From contig NC_068985.1 in assembly GCF_001194135.2 (NCBI RefSeq), positions 46,422,761-46,459,369 on the forward strand: 36,609 bases of DNA, written 5' to 3'. Shown here in pieces: positions 1 to 10,977 of the stretch. The DNA is from Octopus bimaculoides (taxonomy: Eukaryota). Below the pieces are notes generated by a model that searched no databases, had not been told where the DNA came from, and saw only the letters and a list, made by a program, of their open reading frames with translations. The translations under genes and the position numbers were made by a program. Position 1 is the stretch's first letter. Every line of letters starts with the position of its first letter.

Positions 1-142
1 AATATTTAAATTTCGAAAGATATATATCCAATATGACGTGGTAATATAATAAATTTAAAAATTTAAGATATACAAAATATAAATAATAGAGCACTTAATA
101 TAAGTTCAGTTACATATTCTTTTAGAATATTCCTTATAAAAG

Positions 143-180
<38 letters not shown>

Positions 181-467
181 TTATTAGTGAGAGAGACAGT
201 GTTAATACCAAGAGGTACTTAAGTGTGGATGTTCTGTTCAAACAAACTACACTGCAGTAGATACCATGAGAGAAACTCTCATATTGGCACTCATGCATTT
301 TGCACCAAAAGTCAATATGAGAGTTTATCTTTTGGTATCTACTACAGTCTAGTTTGTTCTAGCAGAATGTCCACATTCAAGATAACAATTTACTAATTTC
401 ATGTTTCCTAAAAATTGCTGGCCTTGTGCCTACACTGCAATTTTTATTGTATTTATTGTTCCTGTAA

Positions 468-686
468 CCATTTAGCATTCAAACCAGCCATATCTGGCCC
501 AAATATTCTGTATGTTTATGTTCAAACCAGCTAAATCTGGCCTCTCTCACATACTGTGCAATGTCATTCTAAGAGTAAGCAGTCTCCTCACTGAGATATT
601 GAACCTATGAGATAATGCAAGATTAATTCCAAACAATGAGAATAAACAAGCATGACATTTGACAGAGTTATATGAATGCCGAAGGG
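468..686 (+). mobile_element. piggyBac-like MITE family A (about 220 bp)
   Basis: Starts (t)aaccatttagcattc and ends gaatgccgaagggTTAA (687-690). The termini are inverted versions of CCCTTTAGCATTC. Homologous copies lie at 15190-16312 and 28699-29285. Confidence 0.7.
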
Positions 687-1267
687 TTAAAGTGGATATC
701 ATGGCTTCACCACTGATTGTAGTTCCACTATTGTGTTTATTATTTACCAAATTGAGTTCAGTACTACTGAATTATTCCTCGTTGGCAATCATGGCAGCAT
801 CTTTATAAACATCTAAGGTATATTGTTGTTTAGCTCAAGGTCAGCTCTGATCTAGCAAATTTATAATCGAAGGTCAACTAAGGACATTCACTGAGTGTAT
901 GGCTCATTCAATGATTAAATGAAGGTCATTCAATGAATGACTGCAGCTTAGCCAATGAACGAAACTTTTTTGTCAGCGAGATGCAAGTATTCAGTCACTC
1001 ATTGATAAACCTATCTGATATCTGCTATTCTGAAATTAAAAACTGTGCTCATCACTACATCTGTTACTACTGATTTCTTTAAGGTTTGCATAGAATCCCT
1101 TGATATACACCTTTCTCCAGAATCTACACTGTAACTCTGGTTTGTAGGTCATGTATATGCTATCACCTACCAAAGATTAGTACACAGCAGAGTGGAAGAA
1201 AATTAAGTCTATTAGTTACAAGCATAGATTCCTGTTCAAACTACCTACATATCTAAATGTGTGTACA

Positions 1268-1312
<45 letters not shown>

Positions 1313-1869
1313 NNNNNNNNNNNNNNNNNNNNNNNNNNNNNNNNNNNNNNNNNNNNNNNNNNNNNNNNNNNNNNNNNNNNNNNNNNNNNNNNNNNNNNNN
1401 NNNNNNNNNNNNNNNNNNNNNNNNNNNNNNNNNNTTTTTTTTTTTTTTTTTTAGGTTTTTGCTTCTTTAACTTGCTTTCCATATTTTGTCTAGCAAGCTC
1501 CCTTGGAATACTTATTTTGGCAATGAGGTTGAAGCCTTATTGTACTTGCACTTCCTCATGAATAGATGAGGGGTGGAGGAATGAAAGAGATGTTGATGAT
1601 AAGAACGATGATGAAATTGAGGGTGATAGTGAATGCGCGTACACGCACGTGCGTGTGTGTGTGTATATAGTATAGAAACTCATGCATAGATAAGGAGATG
1701 ATTCAGTTTATGAGGGAGTAGAGTGGAGAAATCTTGAAGCACAACTATAATAATGATATCCACAGTAACATTTCCAGTAACATGAACAGCAACAGTTTCT
1801 CTATGTAAAAAGATATGAAAGAGAGGAGCGTGAATATACATGTAACAGAATGAGTGACTGATATATATA

Positions 1870-1930
<61 letters not shown>

Positions 1931-2159
1931 NNNNNNNNNNNNNNNNNNNNNNNNNNNNNNNNNNNNNNNNNNNNNNNNNNNNNNNNNNNNNNNNNNNNNN
2001 NNNNNNNNNNNNNNNNNNNNNNNNNNNNNNNNNNNNNNNNNNNNNNNNNNNNNNNNNNNNNNNNNNNNNNNNNNNNNNNNNNNNNNNNNNNNNNNNNNNN
2101 NNNNNNNNNNCCAGTGAAAACAGACATCTCACTACACATAACTTTACTTCACTTTCCTT

Positions 2160-2460
2160 TACTTTGCTTTTGATTTTTCTTATTTTTTCTTTTTTTTTTT
2201 TTCACATCAACTCACCTCCTTGTACATACCTCCTTCATCTCACCTACCCTCTTCAACTTACCTTCCCTTCTCTTGTGTTACCTGCTGCACCTTACCTCAG
2301 TTCACTTTTACCTTTACCTCATCTCATTTCCATCCCTTCTTATCTCACCTTTCTTACTTAACCTCTCTCCTCTCCCATTCCACATTTACTTCCCCCCCCC
2401 CATCCATTCCTCTGTCTTGCTTCACCTCATATAGATTCTTTTCCCTTAACTTATCAAGCT
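2160..2460. repeat. Pyrimidine-rich low-complexity tract
   Basis: Strongly C/T-biased cryptic simple repeats (cacct, ttacct, ccttc). Confidence 0.7.
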
Positions 2461-2844
2461 CCTTGACTTTAACAGGACTTTATTTGATAGCAGATAAGAT
2501 TGGTGCCACTGTTGTTGGTGTTGTTGTTGTTGTTACTGCTGCTGCTGTTGACCTTTCTGTAGTGTTATTACAGCTGTGCCTGCAGGAAGATTAATTGACA
2601 TATAAGAGCTCTGTGTTGTCTTGCTCACTACCACCACCACCACCACTACTAACAATATTACTACTTTACTATGCTGTACTACACCACTATATATCAGCAA
2701 TACATACAAAAACATCATCATCATCGTCATGTATGTATGTGTGTATATCCTCATTTTTTATGTCCACATCTTCCAAACTGGCAATTGGTTGGACAAGAAT
2801 TTTCGAGACAGTGCTCTAATGCTGGATGCTCTTTCTGTCTGCCA

Positions 2845-2912
2845 ATCACAAGGTTTGGTCAGCCTGGATCTATAATAGAAGACACTTGCCTAAGGTGCCA
2901 AGCAATGGGAAT
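2845..2912 (-). mobile_element. SINE family A fragment
   Basis: cacaaggtttggtcagcctggatctataatagaagacacttgcctaaggtgcca is the reverse complement of the core of the full copies at 15420 and 18811. Confidence 0.7.
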
Positions 2913-3369
2913 ATATGAGAATGATAGGACACTTACATATATTTTCTCTTGCTTTATAAATATGTGTGTGTGTGTGTATGTTTGTTCATACATTTCCATG
3001 TACATCAGTGTGTATTTATATATTTTACACGGGTAGGTTGTAGAGTTATGGAAGCTTCATCAAACTTCCCAAACTACTCATTATTTTATAGAGACATCAG
3101 ATATGTCCAGGTTTTCCAGATTCTATATTTTACAATTATCATATGTCAAGAAATTATTTATATTATAATTTAGTACCTGATGTTGGTTATGTACAAAGGT
3201 TTTGTTCTGGTTTCCAGATATTTGGACATAGTAATCTTCAGTGGACTTTCACTACACTCATTCTCTCTTTCTCTCCTCCTCTATCACTCTTTCCCTTCCT
3301 CTCTCTCATTCTCTGAATGTATGCATGTATACCCACACACAGTTGTAAATGTTATTAGCTCCATTATCA

Positions 3370-3535
3370 CTCCTGAGCTAGCTGACATATGATCAAAAAC
3401 ATTCCGTCCTTGACCATCATGTCTATTTTTTGCATATTACCAAATGCACCTTTCTATTTTTTAAGTTGACAGAGTATTATTTGGAGTTTGGGCTGCTGTT
3501 TTTAGCAGGTTGAGTGACTGAATATAGAGAGGCTA
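3370..3535 (+). repeat. Degenerate interspersed repeat, family C
   Basis: The motif gctgctgtttttagcaggttgagtgac recurs in reverse complement at about 7948-7975 and 17431-17465. A related head lies at about 820-885. Confidence 0.4.
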
Positions 3536-3982
3536 TCATGAACTGATAGACACACGCACGCATGCACATGTGAATGTAAGGAATTGGATAGAGTGATAAC
3601 AAGTTACCAACAGCCATGTCTCTGACGGAGATTTGAACTATGAACTAACAATTATGATTCCTAGCTCTTGCGAAAGTGATTAGAGTGGCTTCTACTAAGC
3701 TTCCCTAGTGCATTCCTTCACAGAGTGAAGAAAGCCTCAGGTTGTGACTCAGTCAACCATTAAAGTCTAATTGGATAATTTCATTCCATACACATATTCA
3801 AAAGCTGGTGGTAACTAACATGAACAAACAAAATGAAAATTAACGGTCAGATTATTCCTATACTCAGCATTTTGTATTTCCTCATTCATAATCTTGTGGA
3901 TTAAGTAATTCCATCATTTGACCTAGTTTCGAACCTTTTACTGTTGCATGTTACTGATATTTCTATTTTTTAATGAATCTAG

Positions 3983-4621
3983 ACTAATAGCATTCCAACA
4001 AGCCCTTCAGGAAGAGGTACCGCAATATTTCCTGGGGTTCAACTACTGAAATATATTCATAATGTAAAAATAAGGCTGATTTTAAGAATTGCTATTTATT
4101 CTCCTATTCTTAAAGCTGTAGATCTGAAATGTCTAACAGAGCCTCGTTTCTGTGACTCACTTATATATTGGATGTAGTTGTAAAGAATTAACTTTCAACT
4201 TGTGGAGACTGAAATTGGGTTTCCAACTAAGTTCACCAGGAACCTACCATCCGTGTTACACTTGTTTGCTGCATTGCATCAATATGGTCGTGTTAGTGTC
4301 GATCTGTGGATGCATCAGACCAGATTAGTGATTCTTCCTTGAGTTAAGTGATTGCAGGAGTGTGACCAGCTTCACACCTTCATCTCTCTAGATTCATTGG
4401 CTGTGAAATGAATGAACTCAATCCTTAGCAGTTGGTTGGTCAATAAGTTACGTCTGTGCGTGATCCCTGGTCTACATGCGATCGAGGACTACTTTTCTGA
4501 CATCGATGCGCTTCTTGCTATTCTCCCTACCAGCTTCCCTAGTTACAATACGGGTGAATCACTTGAGTTAGTTGTACTTTTGATGGAGATTGATGGCTAC
4601 AAAAATATAAATACAAAATGA
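3983..4621 (+). pseudogene. Decayed reading frame of unknown origin (probable old TE or viral ORF remnant)
   Basis: One frame of 212 codons has only 5 internal stops (4175, 4181, 4340, 4349, 4409). The sequence is complex and retains CpGs, unlike its flanks. Confidence 0.4.
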
Positions 4622-4797
4622 AATAAAGGGGGATTTTGGTTTAGAGAGTAGGGGAAGAAGATGTGGGCTTACTTTGAGGCATTTGTTGTTAGACATGTCT
4701 ATAGGGATTAAGGGAACAGGACGTCTTACATTTGAAGATTATGTCTCTCTAAACAGCTTTGTTAATGTAATCTATTAATGGACAACAGAAATCAAAT

Positions 4798-5226
4798 TCA
4801 CCAACTTTTATGATGGAGATGATGATGATTGGCAGCATTGATGGTGGTGGTCGTCATGGTAGCAATGGTAGCAACAATTCTGTTGTTGGTGATGGTGGTA
4901 GTGTCGGTAGTGATAGTGATCATAGCAGTGGTGGTGGCAGTAGTCATGGTGATGGTGGCAGCAGTGTAGTTGCTGTTGGTGGTGGTGGTGGTGGTGGTGG
5001 CATTAGCTTTGGCAGCTGCAAGTGGTGGTAGTGGAGGAAGTTGCAAAGAGAGTAGAGGACTAATAGTTGTGTTCCCAATGGTGTAGGTGGTTAATAGCCA
5101 AGATAGTGATGACGATGAAAAAGAAGAAGTAAAAAGAGGAGAGTAATGATAATGATGGTGGTCGTGGTGGTGGTGGTTGTGGTGGCAGTGATGGAAATAG
5201 CCTATGACAATAAGGGATAAGCACAA
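4798..5226. repeat. (GGT/GAT/AGT)n cryptic trinucleotide low-complexity region
   Basis: Degenerate ggt/gat/agt triplets explain the poly-H/T/G ORFs in the track. Confidence 0.8.
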
Positions 5227-5814
5227 TGGAGGAGGGAAGTAGATAGAGAGAAGAGCATTGATAATAAACGTTGGGTCATAACGGTAATGATGCTGTTGCC
5301 GGTGGTGACATTGGTTCTTCCATATTCATACACACGATCATATCTCATTATCAAAGTCTTATTTCCAGGGTGTGTGCATTAAGTAAAGAGATGTGTCTGG
5401 ATGGAAAGGGAGGGAGCGCGAGAGACTTGGTACAAGCAGATTCAATCAATAATTTACCAAAGGAATCTTCATAATTCTCCATAACTAATTCACCATGTGT
5501 TGCTTACATCTTTTATTATTATTTCTTTTTTTTTGGTTCTTTTATGTACTTATTCGTTTCTGTATGCATGCAGGTCTTTTTTTTTTTTTTTTTTTTTTTT
5601 TTATTATTTCCTCTTGCAGTCTTGCCCTGTATTATTCCTAATTCATTATTTTGCTCCCTTTTAAAGGATAATCCCACTGTATTAAATCAAAATCTGGGGG
5701 TAATTATGATGGTGGGTGTGCTTAGAATTAAGTCATGTTTGCACATATAGTTAAAGATTTGTTATTGGTTGTTCCCTTTATATTTAAAGATTATAGTATG
5801 TGCTTGTCTTTGAA

Positions 5815-5857
<43 letters not shown>

Positions 5858-6105
5858 TTGTGTGTGCAGTTACATGTGTGTGTGTGTAATTATTTACAGT
5901 CAGTAAATATAAAATATTATGCCTGTGAATATATCCACCATACAATGTTAAAAGTTGGTTCCTGAATTTGTTAACATATAAATTATATTATATATTAAAG
6001 AAACCCTAATAAAAAGAAAGTATTAATTGAATCGTTTGTTATAGTATAAAATGCATGTATGCCTGTGTATAATTGTCATCATTTTAATGTCCATTTTCAT
6101 GTTGG

Positions 6106-6106
<1 letters not shown>

Positions 6107-6158
<52 letters not shown>

Positions 6159-6497
6159 ACCTGCTTGATTTACAAACTATATGGTCACTCAAGCTGAAAT
6201 AGCAGGCAATTCTCCCTCAAATTACAGCATTTCATCTTGAAATGGTTGTGGCTTTAGATATAATAGATATATGTAAGGCTCAAGATAAGGGCTGGAATGT
6301 ATTTGGTCACCAGTCTACTCAGTCCAACATGACCTGGAGGTAAACAAGATCGACAACAAAATTTTTGTATGCTTACAGAAAAAAAAAATTGTTTCTTTTG
6401 TATTTGCTGTTGTTGTGGTACTCCAGCATGGTGATTGTCACTTATTAAAGTAAAAGTCCTGTTGATAGGACTGACTCTCTCTCTCTCTCTCGCTTTC

Positions 6498-6552
<55 letters not shown>

Positions 6553-6562
6553 CTCTCTCTCC
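6107..6562. repeat. Microsatellites: (TG)n at about 6107-6156 and compound (CT)n(CA)n(CT)n at about 6475-6562
   Basis: Direct reading of the sequence. Confidence 0.9.
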
Positions 6563-6714
6563 TTCCGATCTTATGTCTTGGAACTATTAGAGAGAGCAAC
6601 TATAAACCACTGCAACATTCCTTCACACCAGCCTAAGATATTTGTTAGAACACCCATACCAAGATAGTGCTTTCTTACATTAGGATAATGTCACATTATG
6701 ATTGATAATATAGC

Positions 6715-6835
6715 CCACACAGTACTTGGCTGGTACTTTTATTTCATTGACCCTGGGAACATTAAGAGCAAAGTTAAACCCTGTGAAATTTGAACTCAGA
6801 GCATAAAAGAATGTAACTATATACTGCAAAGCATT
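6715..6835 (-). mobile_element. SINE family B, degenerate fragment
   Basis: tggtacttttatttcattgaccc...aaatttgaactcaga is the reverse complement of the B-box and central region of the copy at 9761. Confidence 0.55.
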
Positions 6836-8299
6836 GTGTTTGCTTACTCTACTGATTCTGTCAGTCCCTCATCACTCTCTGCTGATGTATTGCTACTGTT
6901 TCACTGTTAATCATACATATTCCTCATTGTTGTTTAGAATAAGCATCATCTCCTCCTTTTTTTTTTTTTTTCTTGTTATCAAAATCTTAACAATCTTGTT
7001 ATCAAATCTACTTTTGAAACTGAGAATGGTCATAGAAACTTCAGTCATAATTAAAATCTGCTTTTTAAAAGTTGTAAAATTCAGCAGTGTCTTTAGGAAT
7101 GGCTGTGAAATTTAGAAATTAATTTGCAGTTGTGTGATTCCAGATTTGATGTCAGTGTACAATGTCTGAGGCAAGTGTCTTCTGCTATATCCTTGTGCTG
7201 TTGTTGCGAGTGAAAATGGCTAGACAGAAATGATGTAGAAATCCATTGGACTCTGCCTAGTCTTGGGTGGTATAAGCATAATCCAATGTTCAGTTTAACC
7301 AATGATACCACTTTGGATGCCTTACGTGGAGTCTATTCTTTTGCAAAAATTCAGACCAAATCTCCTTTGTGATGATAACATGATGTATTTGTGTGTTATT
7401 TCTGACTGGAGCAACTCAAGAATAATGTTCTTTTTTCTATTTATTGTCATGGGTGCTATTCTTACACCTGTAACCTATCAAACAATAAAATAAAATCAGA
7501 TGGAAGAACAGCTCTCTGTTACTTTAATTCTTGTTGGTTTTCATTTCTTTAGTTCTTTTTAAAAATGTCAGAACATTATAAATTCTCAGTAAATGAAATC
7601 TTGCAATTAGATTTTTGATATGCATGTTTACAATGGTCTATTTACTCTCATGGTGGCCTTAGAAAAAAACATAAATGTCTTAGCAGCTTCTCTCTCTAAT
7701 AACTTGAGGGTTTCATGTTAACTGAAGAATCTTACTGTCATAATCAATAATCAATCAGAATACAAAAACCTGTGTTACTACAATCTCCACCAGCTGTTAC
7801 CAGTATCAAATCGGAAACATTAATTAATATATACATGTTATATTTTCTAATATCTTATTTCTAATAACTTCTAGAAGCATGTTATTTGCAGCAAGACATA
7901 CACCCACACATAACATTGCAGTGTATGAAACTCTGCATGGTTGCTCAACTTGCTTGAAATAACTGGTTGGAAAGTGAATTTCTGTAACACACAGCTCTTC
8001 TTGTGTCTACGATAGAAATCATTTATTAATGTTAATGAGAGTAATGAGTATCAGAAATGGGTATCAGTAATCAGTATCAAAAACATCTGGTGGAATTATA
8101 GGATTTAGTTTTGTCTTGCTACATTCTGAACTCAAATCCCACCAAGTTTGACCCTTTTCTATCCAAGAACCAAAAAAAAAAGAAAATGTACCAGTCTCAA
8201 AGTTGGATTCATTTGGTTAATTATATACTCTTCTTCCATTGGAAATATTGTCTGTTTGTTCTACATCAGAATTCAGTTGCAATATATTTGCTTGGTTAT

Positions 8300-8422
8300 A
8301 AGGCAGTGAGCTGGCAGAATCGTTACTGCACTGGGCAAAATGCTGAGTGGCATTTCGTCCACCTTTATGTTCTAAGTTCAAATTCCACAAAACTTAGTGG
8401 CTTTGTGCTAAAATTTGAAAGT
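8300..8422 (+). mobile_element. SINE family B, internally deleted, with 19-bp TSD
   Basis: Head aaggcagtgagctggcagaatcg, B box agttcaaattcc, and 3' end ggctttgtgctaaaatttgaaa. It is flanked by aatatatttgcttggttat at 8281-8299 and 8423-8441. Confidence 0.85.
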
Positions 8423-8918
8423 AATATATTTGCTTGGTTATTGTCTCTATTATTATACTATTGTTAATACTATACATACCATAACTGTACTATCATTACT
8501 AGTATACCATAACTACTCTAGCATACTATAACAACTGTTTGTAATATATTTACATTATTAAATTCTACCAGTATAACTGACTGGGATTGGGAAAATTTGT
8601 TTTTTAACTGAACCACTGAGTCAGCTTTGCAATTTCTTGATTATTGCTATAGCAAATTAATATAACTGGTATTGTGTGTTTGTGTATATACATATTTATA
8701 TATATATACAAACATGTGCGTGTGTGCATATTAGTGTGTATGTGTATGCATCTGTTGATTTTCTTTTTATAAAACCTTCCTGCAGTCACACATCAATATT
8801 GTGTTGGCACTTATATTTTCATATGCATTTTACTGTTGACATTGCTGTTATATTTATTGTTACTGTTTTATTATTAATGAGTAGCTCATTTGACTGTTTC
8901 TTCTGTTTTTTTTTACAG

Positions 8919-9014
8919 GAAGTAATCCTTCATCGAGATAATAATGAAAAGTTGGGCCTAACTCTTTGTTATGGATCCTTGGACGATGACATGACTGATA
9001 TATTTATTGGTGAG
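8919..9014 (+). CDS. PDZRN3: Internal coding exon (96 nt, phase 0/0) of a PDZRN3/PDZRN4-like (LNX3/4, Slip1-like) PDZ-domain protein; encodes the first part of the PDZ domain
   Basis: Acceptor ttctgtttttttttacag|G (AG at 8917-8918), a branch-like TTGAC about 25 nt upstream, and a strong donor GAG|gtaagc (GT at 9015-9016). The translation EVILHRDNNEKLGLTLCYGSLDDDMTDIFIGE aligns by eye to recalled human PDZRN3 PDZ2 ([33 protein letters not shown]), including the family-typical KLGLTxCY motif. PDZRN3 versus PDZRN4 cannot be resolved; an invertebrate gene is probably co-orthologous. Confidence 0.88.
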
Positions 9015-9091
9015 GTAAGCTGGCCCCTTAACATACTTATATCTTATACCTTCTACTTTAGATGCAGTATTCTTTTATTCACCTCTTGTAT

Positions 9092-9391
9092 TATCATCAT
9101 CATCATCATCATCATCGTTTAACGTCTGCTTTCCATGCTAGCATGGGTTGGACGATTTGACTGAGGACTGGTGAACCAGATGGCTACACCAGGCTCCAAT
9201 CTGATTTGGCAGAGTTTCTACAGATGGATGCCCTTCCTAACGCCGACCACTCCGAGAGTGTAGTGGGTGCTTTTACGTGCCACCGGCACGAAGGCCAGTC
9301 TGGCGGTACTGGCAACGGCCATGCTCAAAATGGTGTCTTTTATGTGCCACCTGCACGGGAGCCAGTCCAGCGGCACTGGCAATGATCTCGC
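9092..9391 (-). mobile_element. (GAT)n-tailed retroposon, family D (SINE or 5'-truncated LINE 3' end); runs into a gap
   Basis: (ATC)n tail followed by gtttaacgtctgctttccatgctagcatggg. It is near-identical in reverse to 29796-30120. Confidence 0.85.
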
Positions 9392-9530
9392 NNNNNNNNN
9401 NNNNNNNNNNNNNNNNNNNNNNNNNNNNNNNNNNNNNNNNNNNNNNNNNNNNNNNNNNNNNNNNNNNNNNNNNNNNNNNNNNNNNNNNNNNNNNNNNNNN
9501 NNNNNNNNNNNNNNNNNNNNNNNNNNNNNN

Positions 9531-9671
9531 ATCCTGCCGAGGTCAACCCTGCTTTTCATCCTTTTAGGGTCAATAAAATAAAATAGCAGTCAAGTACTGC
9601 AGTTAATGGTATCAACTAACCACCTTTCCGTAAAATTGCTGGCCTTGTGCTAAATTTTGAAATCATTATTG

Positions 9672-9702
<31 letters not shown>

Positions 9703-9725
9703 TATTATTATTATTATCATTATTA

Positions 9726-9762
<37 letters not shown>

Positions 9763-10175
9763 GGTAGTGAGCTGGCAGAATCATTAGCTTGCTGGATGAA
9801 ATGCTTAGCGGTATTTAGCCTATTGTTACATTCCGAGTTCAAATTCCACCAAGGTTGACTTTACTTTTCATCCTTTCGGGGTCGTTGAAATAAATACCAG
9901 TTGAGTACTGGGGGTTGATGTAATCAACTTATCCCCTCTCTCAGAATTTCAGGCTTTGTGCCATTAGTAGAAAGGATTATTATTATTGTTGTTAAGGCAG
10001 TGGGCTGGCAGAATTGTTAACACACTGGGTGAAATGCTTAGCTACATTCTGAGTATTTTCCTTTTCAGGATTGATAAAGTAAGGTACTAATTTAGTACTG
10101 ATGTCAGTGGTATCAGCTACTCTCCTCTCCTCAAAATTGCTGGTTTTGTACCTAAGTTGAAGCAATTGTTATTAT
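9531..10175 (+). mobile_element. Three head-to-tail SINE family B copies (9531-9663 partial, 9761-9993 full, 9994-10175 deleted) with (ATT)n tails
   Basis: Repeated head aaggyagtgrgctggcagaat, B box gagttcaaattcc, central ttcatcctttcggggtcg, 3' aaattgctggccttgtgc, and (ATT)n at 9664-9760. Confidence 0.85.
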
Positions 10176-10705
10176 ATTTCTTTTTTCATGTTTGTCAGTG
10201 TGTATAAGTGAGCATCTGCATGCATCAGTTCTGTCTATCCTTGTAAAAATGAGAAATAAAACCTTAAAGTTGTTAGGTCATTCTTGGAGAAAGGAGTAAA
10301 AAAGCAATGTTTTGTTGTGTTATAAATCAATATAAATCACCAAAATGACAGATGTGAATGTGTATGCAGTTATTTTGGTCAACCGATCTTCCTGCTTTCT
10401 TCCGGTCTCTTGGTTTCTTGCTGATTCTGCTGCTATTGAGTCAGTGTTTTGTTAGTTGTTACTCTCACTTTAAATATCATCATCACCAGAAGTTTGGGTT
10501 ACCAAATTGATACCATTTATGGAAGGAATGGATTACATGACTGCAACCTCTGAATTCATGGAATGACCTTTAGTGTCAGCTTACTCCTGCTTCTGGTGAA
10601 TGGAATAAGCTCAACATGGTACATGCCAAAACTGTGCCTGACAAAAGAATGGATATAACGCGCACTTGCGCGTTCACACATAGCACAGAAACACACACAC
10701 ATACA

Positions 10706-10743
<38 letters not shown>

Positions 10744-10782
10744 CGCTCTCAGACATTCACACACATGTACATACATTCAGAC

Positions 10783-10977
10783 CAGTGGCATATGGTGGTT
10801 GTTGCATTGGGTGTGCCGCCATACTCAATGCCACCAAATTTCAAACAGGGGTATAACAAAAGTTTTCCATTAAGATTTGTGATTCAATTAATGAGTAAGG
10901 TTAATTGTTTATAATGAATTTGCCATTTTCGATGGGTGCGCAGCGCACAACTAGCACACCTGGAACATACACTCCTG
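10783..10977. mobile_element. hAT-like MITE (195 bp) with 8-bp TSD
   Basis: Termini CAGTGGCATATG...CATACACTCCTG form an imperfect TIR (8/12). Perfect flanking ATTCAGAC at 10775-10782 and 10978-10985. Confidence 0.7.

Noticed and set aside
1565-1640. DEGWRNERDVDDKNDDEIEGDSE, reminiscent of the acidic LDEGW segment that follows PDZ2 in vertebrate PDZRN3
   Set aside because: It lies upstream of the PDZ exon (wrong order), has no convincing in-frame acceptor or donor, and runs into a TG microsatellite. It is probably purine-rich low complexity.
4798-5226. His/Thr/Gly-rich ORFs (also at about 2533-3036, 23139-23882)
   Set aside because: Translations of trinucleotide low-complexity DNA, with no splice signals or domain content.
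7498-7525. DGR motif as a possible piece of the neighbouring PDZ exon
   Set aside because: It is upstream of the first PDZ exon, continues DGRTALCY rather than DGRIxEGD, and has no splice sites.
8980-9120. Possible exon-intron duplex between GACGATGAC in the exon and the adjacent (ATC)n tail (an editing-complementary sequence)
   Set aside because: Only about 7-8 bp of contiguous complementarity in low-complexity sequence, too weak to support.
8676-9122. 148-aa ORF in the track
   Set aside because: Only the 32 codons between the splice sites are PDZ-like. The rest is intronic read-through.
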